A stretch of DNA of 51,451 bases from Pseudovirgaria hyperparasitica (lineage: Eukaryota). Under the pieces are notes generated by a model. That model did not search any database. It saw nothing but the letters and a program-made list of their open reading frames with translations, and was not told the DNA's origin. Of this stretch, positions 25,129 to 37,216 are shown one piece after another. The stretch's first letter is position 1, and the number at the start of each line of letters is the position of its first letter. The stretch is taken from NCBI GenBank assembly GCA_010093815.1, contig ML996581.1, one strand, 5' to 3'. Both the position numbers and the translations under genes were made by a program.

Positions 25129-26172
25129 ATGGCTCAGCGTCCATTATACGAGATTGGGAACACCGAGAGCAGCATTCATAACACCGACGTTGAACTAAAC
25201 GTCTTCGTCAGCGATACACACTTCTGTATTAACCTGCTCACTGCCAATTTCGAAGGTAGCCCCGGACTGCTAAAGGAGTATTTGCTTCATGTAGAACACT
25301 CGGATCCAGAATACATTCCGCCTCTGCCAGAGAATCCTGACGGTAATGAGTTCGTTGACCCTCTTGAAGAATTCTACGAATGGGCGACGAAACCGTTTCT
25401 ATCGCTATTTCGCGAAATACCTCCCTTGGATCGCCAACGACTGTACACGCTCCAGGATTGCCTGTTTCCCAAACAAGTCAGTTACACCCTACAGTTGGCT
25501 GGGGATGAGCTGGTTCCAGTTCAAGTGCCAAATGACGCCGCTGTAGAATACGCTCGTGTTGGTGTCCTACTTCCTCCCGCCAGAAGGCTCGACAGCTCTA
25601 CATTCCCCGTTTACCGTCCGCGTGATATCCATATTCGGCTGAGCGATAACGCGATGGCCCTGCCACAGGCTGGTAGAGTATACCTCCAGGGACAGGATGT
25701 TTGCTTCTTTAAGAAGTTACTACCAGGTGACATCTCTATGACTAGTCGAGAGCTATCTACATACGCTAAGATTCATGCCGCTGAGCTCAAAGAGGACGTG
25801 CACACCTCTCGACTCCTCGGCTTAGTTGAAGACGAGGTAACATCGAGAATAGCCGGTTTTCTATTATCATACATCGACTGTGCTAATAAGACACTGCTCT
25901 GCGCTGGATGGGATCCGAATCAGGCCTTGCTGCGCGAAAAATGGGTTCAGCAAATAACACATTCGATCCACGAGCTTCACGCGCACCAGATCGTCTGGGG
26001 AGACGCGAAACCTGATAACGTCCTTATTGACGAGCTTGATAATGCATATTTAGTTGATTTTGGAGGTGGGTATACGAACGGCTGGGTGGATAAAGAATTG
26101 GTGAACACTGTGGAGGGCGATTTGCAGGGGCTCGAGCGAATAGCGAAATACCTCTCTGAAGCTCCTGTGTAA
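25129..26172 (+). CDS. Fungal protein-kinase-like protein, 347 aa, intronless
   Basis: Intact ORF with catalytic loop LHAHQIVWGDAKPDNVLID, DFG motif (LVDFGGGY) and a VAIK-like CFFKK. Confidence 0.88.
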   Translation: MAQRPLYEIGNTESSIHNTDVELNVFVSDTHFCINLLTANFEGSPGLLKEYLLHVEHSDPEYIPPLPENPDGNEFVDPLEEFYEWATKPFLSLFREIPPLDRQRLYTLQDCLFPKQVSYTLQLAGDELVPVQVPNDAAVEYARVGVLLPPARRLDSSTFPVYRPRDIHIRLSDNAMALPQAGRVYLQGQDVCFFKKLLPGDISMTSRELSTYAKIHAAELKEDVHTSRLLGLVEDEVTSRIAGFLLSYIDCANKTLLCAGWDPNQALLREKWVQQITHSIHELHAHQIVWGDAKPDNVLIDELDNAYLVDFGGGYTNGWVDKELVNTVEGDLQGLERIAKYLSEAPV

Positions 26173-27076
26173 CGTAACAATCATACAGAGGCGGATAATC
26201 TGTGTTGGAAGTACGCGGTTGCCCTTGCAGAATCGCACGTCATTCATTATCTTTGCGAGTCCTGCACCATTATACAGTTCCCCTATGGCAACACTAACCA
26301 ATTACATTTAGTTAACTACCTGCTTCATTGGATTTCCATTAAATTATGGTATTCCGGCTTCACCGACTTGCCGTAACGCTCTAGAAGTTCGTTGTGCTCC
26401 TCACCCAGGTCGTTCAAGTACAGCACTTCACTATGATTTACTATACCATTAGATCCGAAGGGTGCCTTCAAGGACCTCAAAAGTTTAAGACGTGCGCTTA
26501 AGCGTTCTTCGCTGTGCTATGCGCCCTCGACATTCCTTCTACTGTGCCGCCGGCACAATGTTTCGCTCTATCTCAATGACTAGACATTGTCATCCCACCA
26601 TAGAACGGAAACAGTCCAAGCGCCATGAGTAAATGAGATTCATTCCAGGTTTATCTGCGAAAAAGTTCAGTTGGAGAGAACACAATCCGAGGAGATTTTC
26701 AGGAGGTAGTCGTGGCAGCTGTGTTCCTTCAGCGCTTCGAACCATATTTAGCATCCCACGATAAAGGCGCAATTGAGTAGACTATGGTGTTACTAACAAG
26801 CATTGCTTCTGGAGGCATTGACAGATACGCTAAGCATTGGATCCGAGAATGGAGGACTATACCGATCTGGTATGATGCTTCTTCACGGGCTGTACGTAAG
26901 AGAAAAATACCTCGAGAGGGTAAATTTCCATGAACAATTGAATTAAGCATTTTTCAAATCATTTGACGTCTAAAAGCACCTTCTTTAAGTACACATTAGT
27001 ATTCTTATCTTCACACAGACCAACCTCCAACTGAATGATACAGTCTCATTCAGTTGACTGATCCAACGTGCCATGA

Positions 27077-27418
27077 CCAGTTAATCTAACAATTCAAATA
27101 AACGGCCCAGCGTCCTCAACCGATCCCCAGTACAGAGTATATCGATGTAGCCCCCGGGCTTTTTTTCAGGATCATGTATTGCCAGCGTGTGCGAGTTCAT
27201 CCCAGAAATTGGAAAGCGAAAAAACCATGTATGGAATCGAAAGAACTGTTACTGCCGTCGCGGACCCGAGCCTGTGCTACTGCCCGAAATGCTACTTGAA
27301 GGACGTGGTGCAAGGAGGCTAGTGGTGTTACATATGCTACCGTATCAAGGACCATGGCGACTACCATTTCGAGCTGCCGCTCAATAACATGGCAGAACGT
27401 CACTATGCGGGTATCTAG
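27077..27418 (+). pseudogene. Possible small zinc-finger gene remnant
   Basis: One frame reads ...LCYCPKCYLKDVVQGG*WCYICYRIKDH..., i.e. two CxxC pairs split by a single TAG at 27320. The start could not be resolved. Confidence 0.3.
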
Positions 27419-27699
27419 TCTTCACGACGCGTTGCAAGTGTCTATGAATCAGTGTTATGCCGCTCGGGTTGCTTGGTACACCAAGATATAAGTATGGAGG
27501 GGAAAATTATTATCGATAAATGGAAGTTGATAGGCTCTCAATGGCATTTCGAGACTGTGCTCTAGTCTATCAACCATATTTCTCCCTCACACTTCGGCAT
27601 TAGTATGTATGAAATATCCCGATTGGAACGGCGCTAAGGGCTTTACTAACACTCCTTGGGCCAGAAGAACTTTTAGAAATTTGGTATGGCTAGCAGGGG

Positions 27700-28720
27700 G
27701 AGTGAAGGGTGCAAAGTGGTAATCAGGGGCGTACATAGATTTTAGTGTTTACAGCGAACACGTTTGGGCTTTTTGTCTCATAAACTAGTGCGACGAGTTA
27801 GACTCCATGCCTAAAGATCGCCGTTATGTTATCATTTTAGTACCGGCCTTTTTGTCACAGTATTCCAACGCGATGTGCTGAAGACATGGAAATACATAGA
27901 TGGCAAATGCATCAACTAGGTAAGTCCACATTCCAGAAACAGAGCTGTGCTCAGGCTATTGCTAACTGCTATCTCGAGTCATCGTATTACAGGATATATA
28001 AGGCAATGAACATTGTGCAAGCTGTCATACTCACGGTTCTATTGGTCGCTATTATAGGTATGAGACTTGGAGGTCCCAGCATCTAAGAAAGTAGTCTTGG
28101 TTATTGCGTTTATATCAAGTCTCCTGTAAAAGGAGGAAACATTGCTTTTCATTACGATGGTCAAGCGTAGCCGACAAATCTCTAGAGTCATTCAAGCAAT
28201 CGCTGTTCGAATTCATTAACTCGGTTTAATGTATACAGCCTAGATTGGCTCATCGTGGGATCTAACATACCCAGAGGCTAGGATAGCCATTGCAATGAGC
28301 CTGACAGTAAACGTAGCAATTATTGCCCCTTGCATTCCGTTCCTCAAACCCTTAGTGGATACTATGTAGATAGGGTGGTCAAACAACGATGTCAGAAAGG
28401 GGCTAGGTTCCCGCGTGCCATACTCAGAGGGGTCGCCGAACAGTTCCAAGCTCTATATATTTAGTACAGGCTTAGTGATTCAGGAAGGCTCATAAACAAC
28501 TAAGTTCGAGAGTTGTAGCAATGCAGGAAGGGAGGGACTAGAGATCATGTCGGCGGCAATCAAGGATGCCCTGAAAGCTAGTGCTGTGCCGCAGAACACG
28601 GGACCTTCATCCATAGAATAATTAATAGAGCGCCTGCTCATAGACGGTGCAGGTAGAGCGCCATCTAAGCCTGTAAAGCCTTTGTTTGCAGGAGAGTCGG
28701 CTCCACTTTCCGTGCATTGA
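27700..28720 (+). pseudogene. PTH11-like (rhodopsin-domain) integral membrane protein pseudogene; 5' limit approximate
   Basis: GLFVTVFQRDVLKTWKYIDGKCIN* is followed by a GTAAGT..GCTAAC..AG intron (~27920-27978). Hydrophobic helices follow, then WDLTYPE..VNVAIIAPCIPFLKPLVD, which resembles PTH11-type TM7. Several in-frame TAG/TAA stops are present. Confidence 0.62.
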
Positions 28721-28953
28721 CTCAATTGCACAGCGATACTCATTCTGTTAAACATGGAACACCATCAAAGTTGAATTACAAGGCTAAGTTCTCAAGGTTC
28801 CAAGAGCTAGGCCACTACGTGTCGCCTCAATGATGAATGTGCCACACTAATGCATATTTAAGTGACGTCTTGCCCAGCTCCCTAAAGGCTTGAGCCAACC
28901 TTGCACTTGACATTCCACACATCCTCTCCTCACAATCTATTAGCTCAGTCAGA

Positions 28954-29751
28954 ATGTCCTTTGAACTTAGCCCCGTGGAAAAGCACGAGTTGCGCGATGT
29001 TATTAATATGCTTTTCAAAGCCTATGATAGCGAGTCTGCCTTCGTTAATGCTATCTACCCGTATACTTTGACTGAGGATGGTATCAATGGCCTTGACATG
29101 GTCGTCGCTCGCCTCGAATACCTACGCGATGTACTTGATCCGAGTACCCAATGGTGGAAAGTCACCGACATAAGCACTGGCGAGATTATCTTAGCTTCGC
29201 AGTGGAACGTGTACTACAAAGACTCGGAGAAGCCCCCACCGATGCACCTTGATGGCCCTCCTAAAGCATGGAAGGACGAGACAGAGAAGAAGTATGCTAT
29301 CGAGATGTTTAAGAACTTCATCGCGCCTAGGGAGGCAAAATATGCTAAGGATGATGTACATGCCCCGATCATATGTGAGTTATGCATACGAATACTAGTA
29401 ATAGCTCGATACTAACGGAATAGGTCTAAACATTATGGGAACTACTCAGAAGCACCGAAGCAAAGGGGCTGCATCTCTACAGATAGCCTACTACAACGAG
29501 TTAGCTGATAAGCTCGATGCCTTTGTAAGAAACGAGCTGTATTCCAAGCGCGCATTACTGAATATTATGCTATCTAGATCACTACTGAGTCCACCATAGC
29601 TGCGGAGAGACTGTACAAGAAATATGGGTATGAACCTAAACAGGAGTTCGTGGTAGAGGCGATTTCGGAGGAATTTGCCAGTCGACCAAAGGAGAAACTA
29701 ATCTTCATGGAGCGCGAAAGACGTTCCAAGCGAGGAGACGTACATAAGTGA
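28954..29751 (+). CDS. GNAT-family N-acetyltransferase, ~231 aa, 3 exons (28954-29374, 29424-29524, 29578-29751)
   Basis: Introns GTGAGT..CTAAC..TAG and GTAAGA..TAG keep the frame. Acetyl-CoA motif HRSKGAAS and motif B ESTIAAERLYKKYGY are present. Confidence 0.88.
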
Positions 29752-29819
29752 GGATGTTCCGCGATGCAGCCAAGCATAAGATGGTCGCTCTGTTTGCAGA
29801 GATGCATGTTAGCTAGCCT

Positions 29820-30720
29820 GAAAGTCGTTCGTTTTGTTAGCAACTCGGTACATTTGAGCCCATCACTGCTCAGCTTCTCAATACTGCCCTCGTCCAGCAG
29901 GGATACATCAAGGCTTGACTGCTCCAAATCGCATCACAAGAATCAACCATTCGGTAGACGATGATTCCAGTAATGGGAACGAACTAGTACGTATAAATAA
30001 GCGCGTGGATACACAAGTTGGTAATTCGGCAGACGTAAATTTGTTAGGTTCACACATAGATGAACTTGCGCAATCCACAATTTCATTAATCGAGGTAGCT
30101 TGCGGTTCCAAGTTGGTAGAGGTAGTTAGTGTCGTCTTCATCGCCCGATCCTAATACCAATGTTCGCTTGTCCTCGAAATTATCGAATGTATTGCTCCAT
30201 CGCCAATCTTTGGCTACCAGGTGTTTAAATGCGAATGTTGTGTGTTGGTTTTTATTGGACCAGATCTCGTGGCGGATGAAGTATGTGTGCGGCCTTGTTA
30301 CTTTTAATGCGCCAATAAGAGACTCCCAAAGCCCAGTCTAAATTGTCATAGAAGATCTCTTAGGTATGATAAGTTAGGAAAGGAGATATGTCATGTATGT
30401 GTCTTAACATCTCGCTTTTACTGCATGAAAACTTCTCCGTAACAGTTTCCGTTAGGTCCATATTCTAGACTGCACATGTTCCCCTGGCTTGCGGTGCGAC
30501 ACGACGAAGAACAGGGCGAAGGTATACTTGACTGGAAGGTACTGCTAAGGGTGTAGGGGTGAGAAGTACAGAGGTTTGTAGTACATTGACGTGAGCGAGT
30601 TTCAAGCCGCCAAACCATTGTGTCAAACGGGGTCTTCCATTCGTACACATATACACGAGTATGCAGTGATCGGTTTTCAGACTAAAACCCAACAAATAAT
30701 TTGACCCGACAAGAAACTCG
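29820..30720 (-). pseudogene. Degraded coding remnant of unknown family
   Basis: Protein-like minus-strand stretches (e.g. TRPHTYFIRHEIWSNKNQHTTFAFKHLVAKDWRWSNTFDNFEDKRTLVLGSGDEDDTNYLYQLG) are broken by stops and frame changes. Confidence 0.3.
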
Positions 30721-30730
30721 CTAGACATTA

Positions 30731-31748
30731 TCATAGAACGATAGCACCGAGAAATCGCAAGTCCTCGCTGTCCCCTGTGGCCAGCTCCCCCTGCTAAAAG
30801 CCATTATCTAGGAACAGACCAATAAGTCTTGCGGCCTTGATGAGCCGCTTCGTCACGTCCGACGCACCTCCTAGATAGTAGTAAAACCGGAGCCAAAAAA
30901 GATCGCGGAGCTCTTCGTGATTGGCGTGGTAACGCTAACAGTCCCTAGATATAGTTCGAATCCCTAGCATGGTCTCGAGTCCCCCTAGCGACATTCCATA
31001 TGGACTAAACTTGGCGCCGCTCTAGTCATAGATGCCTATAATTCTGCCCGTAGCTATGTTCACGTGAATATTATTATCGAGAAGGTTATCATGATTAAGC
31101 GTAAATGGCTAGTCATCGGCAAAGAGATCCGGGAGGCATAGGATAAGATTATTAAGCGTCGAGCGAAAGCGCTTGGGAAGTCCTCCACGAAGTCGCTGGA
31201 GTTGCGATAGATAATTGTAATAGAGCTGGTCGGTAGATGCTCGTTCCATGTTCTTAGGCGTGTTATGATATGCTAAGGCGAAGAATCTACCCCGGCTATA
31301 TTAGCTAACTGTGTAGCTACAAGGTGTAAAAAGAAGGGTAAACGAGCCTTGCGTAGTCGTCGATGGTGGATCGTAGGAGGTAGTAGTTGTCGCTCTGTAG
31401 CTCGGATCTGGCTAGATACATACAAGTCCCCCTAATATTGTTCATGATATAAACAAAGACATTGCCAAGGGTACCATGATATTTATGATGTGGTACAAAG
31501 CCCTAGTAGGCTTGCTTAATAGCCTAGAGTAGTTTCAAGTCGAGAGGCGAATTCTAATCTCGAAATTGAATGACATGTGTCCCACCGTTAACGGTGTAAC
31601 TAGTTACGCCCTAAGACGGTGTTAGGGTAACGGGCCCGCCAGTTATTTCTTGGGCTAATGCGTCGCATTCCTACTGCACGACAGAAGTGTTCTAGGTGAA
31701 AAACCTCTGTATCTGGTACTAGGATAAGGCAGAAAGGTCTATCGACAT
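30731..31748 (-). pseudogene. Aminoglycoside-phosphotransferase (APH)/kinase-like gene inactivated by RIP-type stops
   Basis: ATG at 31748. Motifs are (Q)GVTSYTV..VIQFR..LD and the Brenner-type NHD(D)LLDNNIHV..GRIIGI(C)D(W). There is one intron at ~31282-31347. I count 11 internal stops, all TAG (CAG/TGG->TAG), and see no frameshift. Confidence 0.82.
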
Positions 31749-31829
31749 TATGCGGTATGTCGCTGCGAATTTAAGGTAGTTTCATGATTAAAAATCAGGT
31801 GATAGAGAAAGCTAAGGCAGGGTACTAAC

Positions 31830-31977
31830 TATTAGAACTTAGCCTTAGGTAACGGCTAGACTCGTACGTACCTTAGTTAGAAGATAGTATAATAAGTAGT
31901 AAACGGTCACGTGCTAAATAGATCGGCGCCTCTTTATATATATACTCTTAGATTTCTACTAAAAGAATTTAGTAGTA
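31830..31977 (+). repeat. Truncated LTR related to the chromovirus B LTR (approximately U3 only)
   Basis: TATTAGAACTTAGCCTTAGGTA...GATCGGCG..TTTATATATATACTCTTAGATTTCTACTAAAAG matches 32969-33125, with a divergent middle. Confidence 0.8.
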
Positions 31978-32916
31978 GCTATCTTTAAGATTAATAGTAA
32001 GGTTAGTAGATTAGTATTAGAGTAGTTTAGAAGAATTAATTACTAATATAATATATTAGTATATTTTATACTAATATAGTAGGTTTTTATCTATTTTAAT
32101 ACTAAGCTTACTATTTTAAGTAAGTAAGAGTATATAGATAGAGTAGAGATTATCTTATTATAATTCTTCTAGAATTATTTATTATTAATAAGCTATACTA
32201 GTTTCTATTAAAATAGGTTTATATACTAGCTAGCTATCTTCTTAAGAAAGTCTAGTTTTAGATTATATTTCTTAAGCTATAGTATATCTAGAATTATATT
32301 AAAGAGACTATCTACTATAATAAAGATAGAGTAGTAGAGTTTCTATTTCTCTCTACTATTCTAGATACTATATTTAATAGTATAGATACTATATAACTTA
32401 ATAGAACTATTAATATTATAGAATATAGTATCTATTAGAGCTTATATATTAATATTAAGTTCTTATACTTATTAGATTAATATAATATTAGTAGCTAAAC
32501 TACTATTAAGTATTATAGTCTAATATTATCTATAAGAGACCTTAATAGATCTAGCCTATAGTTTAATATACTATTTAGCTAGTTATCTCTCTATTATAGT
32601 TATATCTATAAGTTATAAGAGTTTCTTATAGACTATTAGTTTTTTATATTCTATACTAGATAGTTAGATATAATATATTCTAGCTACTAGTACTTATAAT
32701 ATATAACTAATTAGTTAGTTATATTAGTACTTAGTAGTTTCTCTAAATAGTACTTAAGTACTATATAGTCTATCTTACTATAGGTATAGTAGATAACTTT
32801 AGATTATTTATATAAGTTAGTTCTTATATCTTAATATATTAATTAGTAGAGAGATCTATAATATAATTTCTATATTCTTAAGTTTAAGAAGTAGTAGTAA
32901 TCTTATAATATTCTAT
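31978..32916 (-). mobile_element. Internal gag-protease fragment of the chromovirus A/C family
   Basis: Reverse complement of ~45775-46712, and homologous to ~17455-18390. Confidence 0.85.
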
Positions 32917-32968
32917 TATAAAGAAGCTATTCTTTTAATATATAAAAGAATATAGTATAGGCCTATAG

Positions 32969-33196
32969 TATTAGGACTTAGCCTTAGATAGGACCCGACC
33001 TACATATACCTTAGCTAATAGGGTTAGGAGGTAACGTGAAGGGCGGTAAATAGTTATGTACTAGATAGATCGGCGTCCCTTTATATATATACTCTTAGAT
33101 TTCTACTAAAAGGGTTTAGTAGTAATTCGTTCTATAATAGAATACACCCTATTATTCTATCTAACTATACTACTATCTAATAACCCTATTCTTATA
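32969..33196 (+). repeat. 5' LTR of chromovirus B
   Basis: Direct repeat of 41795-42022. Confidence 0.95.
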
Positions 33197-36100
33197 TTCG
33201 AATTACTCTCTATATAGTACTATAGTTAAGATAGTCTAACTAGAACCGAGAAGGTTAATATAATCTACTATAGGGATAAGTAATACTATATTAAATAATA
33301 GGGATCCTCTATAATTAGTATTAATCCTAGCCGTTTCTAACTAAGAAGTAGAAATATTAGACTAAATCACGGAGCTTTTAGACGAAGAAATAGTAGATAT
33401 ACTAAGTAACTTCTAATAATATAAAGCCGGACAACGAGTCATGGCGGAGCCACGCGAGGTATTATAATAAACTATCGCTAAACTTTAGAAATATATCGCG
33501 AATTAGGCTCGAGAGATTTAAACCCTTAAAGAATAGATAGAACGCGTGAAACTCCTCGTAAAGAGACGAGAACTTAAGGAGTCTCTTAAAGAACTACGCC
33601 GAACGATAGTAGGTAGATAACTTCCTATACTAATTTAGGCGGAATTAGTTTACCTACCATTAGAGTTATAATAATCTACTATATACCCGGCCGCTTCGTT
33701 ACTAATTTACCCTACTCCTTCCCTAGGTATACTAAAATCTAAAGACCCGACTATATTTATAGAGAAGAACTAAAAGGAGTAGAAAGACTAGAAGAGAGAC
33801 TACGAAAAGTACTTCCTCGATAACTCTCTACTCTTTTCTACTAAAGTATAACGTATTTCGTTCGGAGAACGATACCTAGGCTTATAATCCCGCGATTAAT
33901 AGGATAGATAGAAGGAAGTATAGCTACTATCTACGATAACCTAGGAATATTTAGCTATATTTATACTAAATACCCTCGGAATAGATAGAGAACGTAAAAG
34001 AAAGGTACTATCTAAGTTAAGAAGCGTGGTATAACGACCGAACTAGACATCTACTTAACTACTATAATACCTCTAAAACCTATAGAATAATATCCCTATG
34101 CTATAGAAAAATATTTATATATTCTAGTTTCGCGAAGTACTACTTCCGTTAATCCGCGAAAGACTAGAAATAGTATTATTAAGTTTTAACTATCTACACG
34201 AATTAGAGGAGAAAGCTAATAAATACTACCGTATTCTTAAGAAATATAGCTCTCTAGGTAAAACCAACGAACCCTATACGGGTTAGAAACGAGGTTAATC
34301 GAATACATTTAATTAAGAGTAACCTTACCGCGATTAGTACTAGAAGAGTATAAATCGGGGTAGAAACGTGTTAAGAGAATACTAAAATAATTAAGGCGGT
34401 ACTTCTTAACACGGAAAAGGATAATACATAGGCTTAAATATAACGCCTATTATAAAATAGTAGGATTATAGTATACTTCGTTACTATAAGTATAGAGAAA
34501 TAGAATATATTTCGCCTAACTATAAGAATCCGAAAAAAGAATAGGCTAGTACACGAGATCTAACCGCGTCCTTAGCTAAATTATATATACTTAGGAGGAG
34601 CCGTAGCGCCTTCCGGTAAGTAAAGACCTAATATTACTAAAAGTATTATTATCTATAGTAAATAGTAATAAAACTATATAGGCCCTCGTAGACACTAGTA
34701 TAGAAGATAATTATATTTCGTCGATTCTTATAAAGGAGTATAGATTATTATACGATCTTAGTAAAGTTAGCTAAACTATTATAGTTAATAGATATAAAGT
34801 TAGAACTTTAGATAAAGCTATAACGAATTATAAAGTTTATAACTTAAAGATAATAAAATAGTAGATGTCTAATAAATTTATTATAGCTAATATTAGCTAA
34901 TAGAATATGATTCTAGGGATGCCTTAGCTTAGATATCTAAACTCTATTCTTAATTTTTAGAAGGAGATATTAACGTTCCGATAATACTATAGTAAATTAT
35001 ACTAGTAAGTCGTAACTATTAGTAAGGAGATATAGAACCTTACTATACGGACCCGATCGTTACTAATCTATCTTACGTTCTTATCGATTATTAATAAAGA
35101 TAAGAATAATAGTAATAATTAGGGCGAAGACACGCTACCTAACGTATATTCATAGTATACGGATATGTTTTTAGTAGAAGATACGTTACTTCTCCCTAAT
35201 TACGGGCTATATAAGCTTAAGATTAAGCTCGAAGAGAGAGTAGACGTCCCTTATAGTCTACTTTACCTACTTTCGAGACTAGAACTCGAAGTTCTTTATA
35301 AATATATTAAAGAATATCTTAGAAGAGACTAGATACGTTATAGTACGTTATTAGCTAGTATATCTATTCTCTTTATAAAGAAGAAAGATAGAAGTTTATA
35401 TCTATGCGTCGACTATCGGGTACTAAATACGGTAACTAAGAAGAATCGTTATCTATTACCGCTAGTTAGTAAATCTTTAGACTAATTAATAAAGGTAAAG
35501 TACTTTATAAAGCTAGATTTACGAGATATATATTACTAGCTTTAAATTCGTCGCGGAGATAAGTGGAAAACCGCATTTCGGACTAGATATAGTTATTTTA
35601 AGTATACTATTATACCATTTAGGCTAATAAATGCGCTAGGAGCGTTTTAAGAATATATTAATACTATACTCGTAGGATTACTTAACGTGATTTACGTAGT
35701 TTATCTTGATAATATACTAATTTACTCCGATAGTATATAGAATTATAAAGAATACGTGAAATCGGTACTAAATCGTCTAAGGTAGTATAAACTCTATATA
35801 AAATTATCTAAATATAAGTTTTACTAATAAGAAGTTAGGTTTCTCGGCTTTATTATAATATATAGCGGCCTAAAAATAGAGCCGGAGCGTATAAAGACTA
35901 TTATAGAATAGCTAGAATCTACTACTATACGTTAAATTAGAATATTTATGGGTTTCGTGAACTATTATTATAAATTTATTATAGGCTTCTTATAAATTAC
36001 GGCGTCGCTTAATAAACTTATAGAGAATAGCGGTAAAATCCCTATAGATAGGCGAGTATAGCGTAAAGCTAAGTCGGTCGAGATATAGTTAACGCCGGAA

Positions 36101-37216
36101 GCGCGAGATACGTTCCGATTATTAAAGAATTACTTTATAACTACGCCGATTCTTAGGTATTTTAATCCCGAGAAGTATATTTAGATCGAAACTAACGCGT
36201 TAGAATTCGTAATTACTAGAATTATTAGTTAACTATATAAAGATATAAAAGATAAGGTGTAATAGTACCTGGTCGCTTTCTTTTTCTATAAAATAGTAGA
36301 TATAGAGACGTGTTATAACACGTATAACTAGGAACTACTTATAATTATTAAGAGTTTTAAGTAATGGTAATATTATTTAGAAGGCTCCGTATATTAGATT
36401 AAATTATTATTAGATTACGTAAATCTACGTTACTTTATATTAACTAAGGTCCTTAATCGCCGATAAGTATATTAGGCTAAGTAGATATTAATATTTAACT
36501 TTAAAATCTTATATAAAGCTAGAAGAGAGAATAAAGCTAATCCTCTATCGCGGCGTGAAGATTATAAGAAATTGTTATAGAATAACGTAGATAGTCGGTG
36601 TAAGTTAGACTATACTATACTTTAGATACTATAAGACTAGTTATCTAATAGAATACTAGAAGCTAGGATACTTTCGGCGATTCTCTACGGGAATTAGAGC
36701 GGGTATTAAGTAATCTAAATAAACGTCTAAGAAACTAAGAAAACCCTTAAAGACTTAATTAAATCTACCTAGAATTCTAATATATTAGTAAAGAAAGTTA
36801 TAAGTATAAAAGGAAGCGCTATAGATCTGCTATGGTTATTAAGGTAGGAATAACAATTAGACGCGATCTACTTCTAAGGCCGACTCTACGTGCCGGAAGG
36901 CGGCTTATAAATTAATATTTTAAGGGAATAGTACGATTATACGTTAGTAGGGCACTTTAGTATTATAAGGATAGTTAATTTAATCTAAAGAACGTACGAC
37001 TAGCCGGGTCTTTATAAATATATAAAAGACTATATAAAAACGTATAACGTTTACTAGCATATAAAAGTATATAGATACTTACTATATAGTAAATTAAGGC
37101 TATTACCTATACTAAAGGAGGTATAGAAGGAATTATTAATGGATTTCATTATAGATCTACCCCTAAGTAAGTATTCTAGGTATATTTATAATAGTTTACT
37201 TATAGTTCTAGATAGA

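Noticed and set aside
26590..26950. Two short minus-strand ORFs
   Set aside because: No motif, signal peptide or convincing splice model.
31619..31632. Internal GTTAGGGT telomere-like motif (also GGGTTAGG in the B LTRs)
   Set aside because: These are single units inside coding or LTR sequence and are expected by chance.
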